Part shown: positions 61,785 to 64,000 of the stretch, piece after piece | How the letters are laid out: each line of letters opens with the position of its first letter | Position numbering within the stretch: the first letter of the stretch is position 1 | From: an uncultured delta proteobacterium | Lineage (GTDB): Bacteria; Desulfobacterota; Desulfobacteria; Desulfobacterales; UBA2156 | Length of the DNA: 64,000 nt | Direction: 5' to 3' | NCBI GenBank assembly: GCA_963736855.1 | Contig: CAVTQK010000009.1 | Coordinates: 320,001-384,000, forward strand | Translations under genes and position numbers: made by a program | The notes under the pieces: model-generated | Told to the model about the DNA's origin: nothing | The model's database searches: none | What the model saw: only the letters and a program-made list of their open reading frames with translations

Positions 61785-61974
61785 TTGACCCTCAAGTTTG
61801 CAGCTGTTATGGAAGATGCACGAACAGGGAGTGCCGTTATCGGTTTTCCCTGTGCCACGCCTCCACTGAAACCCAATCCATTGGCTTCTTCCATTTCGGT
61901 GGAGGCTTTATTATCCGATTGGTTCCTTTTAATCAACCCCTTCTTGAAGGCATTTGGTAAAGCGGACGGCAAAA

Positions 61975-62562
61975 ATGAACACGTTGGATGCCATGAAGCA
62001 GGAACTGATCCGGCTGCTTTGCGACAAGTCCTTCCAGTACAGCCGGGAACCGAAATTCAAACTGGTCTCGGGAGGAACAAGCCGGTTTTACGTAAACTGT
62101 AAACCGGTCACCCTGAGCCCCCGGGGGATGATTCTTATCGGGCATTTGATTTATAGCCAAATTCAGGGATTATCGGCGGACGCCGTCGGCGGCATGACCT
62201 TCGGTGCCGATCCCATAGCATGTGCCGTTGCTTTTGTCTCGGGTTTGAAAGAAACACCGATCAAGGCCTTTTCCATCCGCAAGAACCAAAAGGATCATGG
62301 GATCGTCCGCTGGATCGAGGGCGACGTTTATCCCGGTGAGCGGGTGGTGGTCATTGACGATGTAGCCACCACAGGTGGATCTACCATTCAGGCTATTGAG
62401 CGGTCCCGCTCGGAAGGGCTTACGGTCGTCAGGGCGGTGATCTTGGTGGACCGGCAGGAGGGCGGCCTCGAGAATATCCGAAAGGTGGTTCCGGAGGTCT
62501 CGGCCGTCGTTACCCGAGAAGAGCTGATGGCCTGCCGGATATCCTTACACAAGACCGATTAG
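61975..62562 (+). CDS. pyrE: orotate phosphoribosyltransferase
   Basis: [31 protein letters not shown]. Confidence 0.93.
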   Translation: MNTLDAMKQELIRLLCDKSFQYSREPKFKLVSGGTSRFYVNCKPVTLSPRGMILIGHLIYSQIQGLSADAVGGMTFGADPIACAVAFVSGLKETPIKAFSIRKNQKDHGIVRWIEGDVYPGERVVVIDDVATTGGSTIQAIERSRSEGLTVVRAVILVDRQEGGLENIRKVVPEVSAVVTREELMACRISLHKTD

Positions 62563-62571
62563 ACCGACCAA

Positions 62572-63027
62572 TCAATCGACAGCCACGGTATAGGTGGCAC
62601 AGGCATCATCCGATTCCCATGCAGTAACCCGGGTCACCCGGAGGCCGGGTTCCCGGATGGCCGCCTGAAGTCGCTTCGCAATCAGGGCCGCAATGTTTTC
62701 CGAAGACGGTGCGACCTGATCCTGGAATCCTTCGAGCTCGTTTAAAAACCGATGGTCCAGCTCTCCAACAATTTCGGACAGATGTTTTTTAATCTCCCCG
62801 AAATCGATCAGCACTCCGGTATGGTTTAGATTTTCCCCCGCAACACAGGCCTCAATCTTCCAGTTGTGTCCATGCAGGTTTTCACATTTTTTGGACACCA
62901 TTTTCAGCTGATGGGCGGCAGCAAAGCGGGTGATCACTTTCAATTCATACACGTCAAGGGTCCTTTGAAGGATCGGGTCTATCCCATGATACGATCCGGA
63001 TGGATGAGGTGTTTTAACCGCCATCAA
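62572..63027 (-). CDS. queD: 6-carboxytetrahydropterin synthase
   Basis: FAAAH..KCENLHGHNW, LDHRFLN, SSENIA, WES. Confidence 0.93.
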   Translation of the reverse strand: MMAVKTPHPSGSYHGIDPILQRTLDVYELKVITRFAAAHQLKMVSKKCENLHGHNWKIEACVAGENLNHTGVLIDFGEIKKHLSEIVGELDHRFLNELEGFQDQVAPSSENIAALIAKRLQAAIREPGLRVTRVTAWESDDACATYTVAVD

Positions 63028-64000
63028 TTCCGGGTGCTCAGGGTCTCCCCTTTAAGGATATTTTTCAATTTATTGGAAAACTTGCCGGCTTCCAGTTTGG
63101 CGAACTCCCTTAAAAGCGATTCCTGTTTCTTGCTCAAGTGGGTGGGGGTCTTGACAAGGACCTGCACAACCTGGTTCCCCCGCTTTCCGTTGCGCAAAGA
63201 CGGGATTCCTTCTCCCTGAAGCCGGAAGATATCTCCCGGTTGGGTTCCCTTGGGAATCTCGAGTGATTTCTTTCCATTAAGGGTAGGAACACTGATGGTG
63301 TCGCCCAGGGCAGCCTGGACAAATGATAGAGGGATCTGGCAGAGGATATCCGTATTTTCCCGGTGGAAGAACTCGTGGGGTCTGACATGAATGAAGACGT
63401 ATAGATCTCCCGGAGGTCCGCCGTACATACCGGCTTCTCCCTCTCCTGTGAGGCGTAGCCGGGAGCCGTTGTCCACGCCCGCGGGAATTTTCACAGCCAC
63501 CTTTTTCCGGACTTGTTCCTTTCCCGAGCCTCGGCAGCCGGTGCAGGGATTCGGAATCGTCTGCCCGTTTCCATTGCAGCCGGGGCATGTCGTCCGGACC
63601 GTGAAAAATCCCTGGTTCCTGGAGACCTGGCCGGACCCCCCGCAGTAGCGACATTTTTCCGGAAAGGTGCCGGGGGCGCATCCGCTGCCTGAACAGGCAG
63701 AACAAACCTGTTCCTTTTCCACCTCGATTTGGGTGTCCACACCCCGTGCGGCTTCCATGAAGTCGAGTTCGAGGTCGTAACGCAGGTCCGTCCCACGGTC
63801 GGATCTGGATCTAGCGCTTCTATTACCCCCAAAACCGAAAAAGTCCTCGAATATATCTCCAAAGCTTGAGAATATGTCATCAAATCCCCGGAAACCGGAG
63901 AAACCGGACCCTTCAAGGCCCCGATGGCCGAATTGATTGTAAATGTCCCGCTTTTGGGCGTCCCGGAGGACATCGTAGGCCTCGGCCGCTTCTTTAAATT
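63024..64000 (-). CDS. dnaJ: chaperone DnaJ, 5' end outside the window
   Basis: FKEAAEAYDVL J-domain end, G/F region, four CxxCxGxG repeats, GDLYV. Confidence 0.96.
   Translation of the reverse strand, partial: FKEAAEAYDVLRDAQKRDIYNQFGHRGLEGSGFSGFRGFDDIFSSFGDIFEDFFGFGGNRSARSRSDRGTDLRYDLELDFMEAARGVDTQIEVEKEQVCSACSGSGCAPGTFPEKCRYCGGSGQVSRNQGFFTVRTTCPGCNGNGQTIPNPCTGCRGSGKEQVRKKVAVKIPAGVDNGSRLRLTGEGEAGMYGGPPGDLYVFIHVRPHEFFHRENTDILCQIPLSFVQAALGDTISVPTLNGKKSLEIPKGTQPGDIFRLQGEGIPSLRNGKRGNQVVQVLVKTPTHLSKKQESLLREFAKLEAGKFSNKLKNILKGETLSTRN

Noticed and set aside
1..64000. CRISPR array or rRNA
   Set aside because: No regularly spaced direct repeats and no rRNA-like sequence seen.

Overview
Chromosomal segment of an anaerobic Desulfobacterota-like bacterium (inferred from the ahbC-hemB-ahbD heme genes, the bacterioferritin type and selenoprotein use). 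Housekeeping blocks lie on both sides: pfk, waaA, LpoA-like lipoprotein, panP, recN, Fur-FeoA on the left; ClpX-like ATPase, ahbC/hemB/ahbD, ychF-like, ABC, prxU, bfr, ctpA/envC/ftsEX, tolC, pyrE, queD, dnaJ on the right. Between them, a ~21 kb accessory region starts right after tRNA-Asn(GTT). Its left half (18.1-24.9 kb, minus strand) is a multi-selenoprotein redox operon that the ORF track breaks into fragments: trxB, arsR, an LULAEC selenoprotein (TsoA-like), a J-domain protein, a rhodanese(UxxxxU)-DsbD-thioredoxin fusion with two in-frame UGA (TsoB-like), two tandem NEPxGxxU selenoproteins (TsoC-like), TVP38, DsrE and a sterol-desaturase-like gene. The four selenoprotein genes hold five in-frame UGA and each has a SECIS-like hairpin; a 16-2-16 inverted repeat overlaps the operon promoter. 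The right half is a defence-type island (AAA/DUF4143, Xre, type I R-M with YhcG inserted, Fic, internally deleted RhuM) with many +1 frameshifts that look like long-read errors. Other points: a sixth Sec codon in prxU, a perR-like gene broken by a 153-bp MITE from a repeat family seen three times, and a candidate sigma54-dependent ~68-nt sRNA with an anti-Shine-Dalgarno tract. All calls come from reading the sequence; no searches were run.
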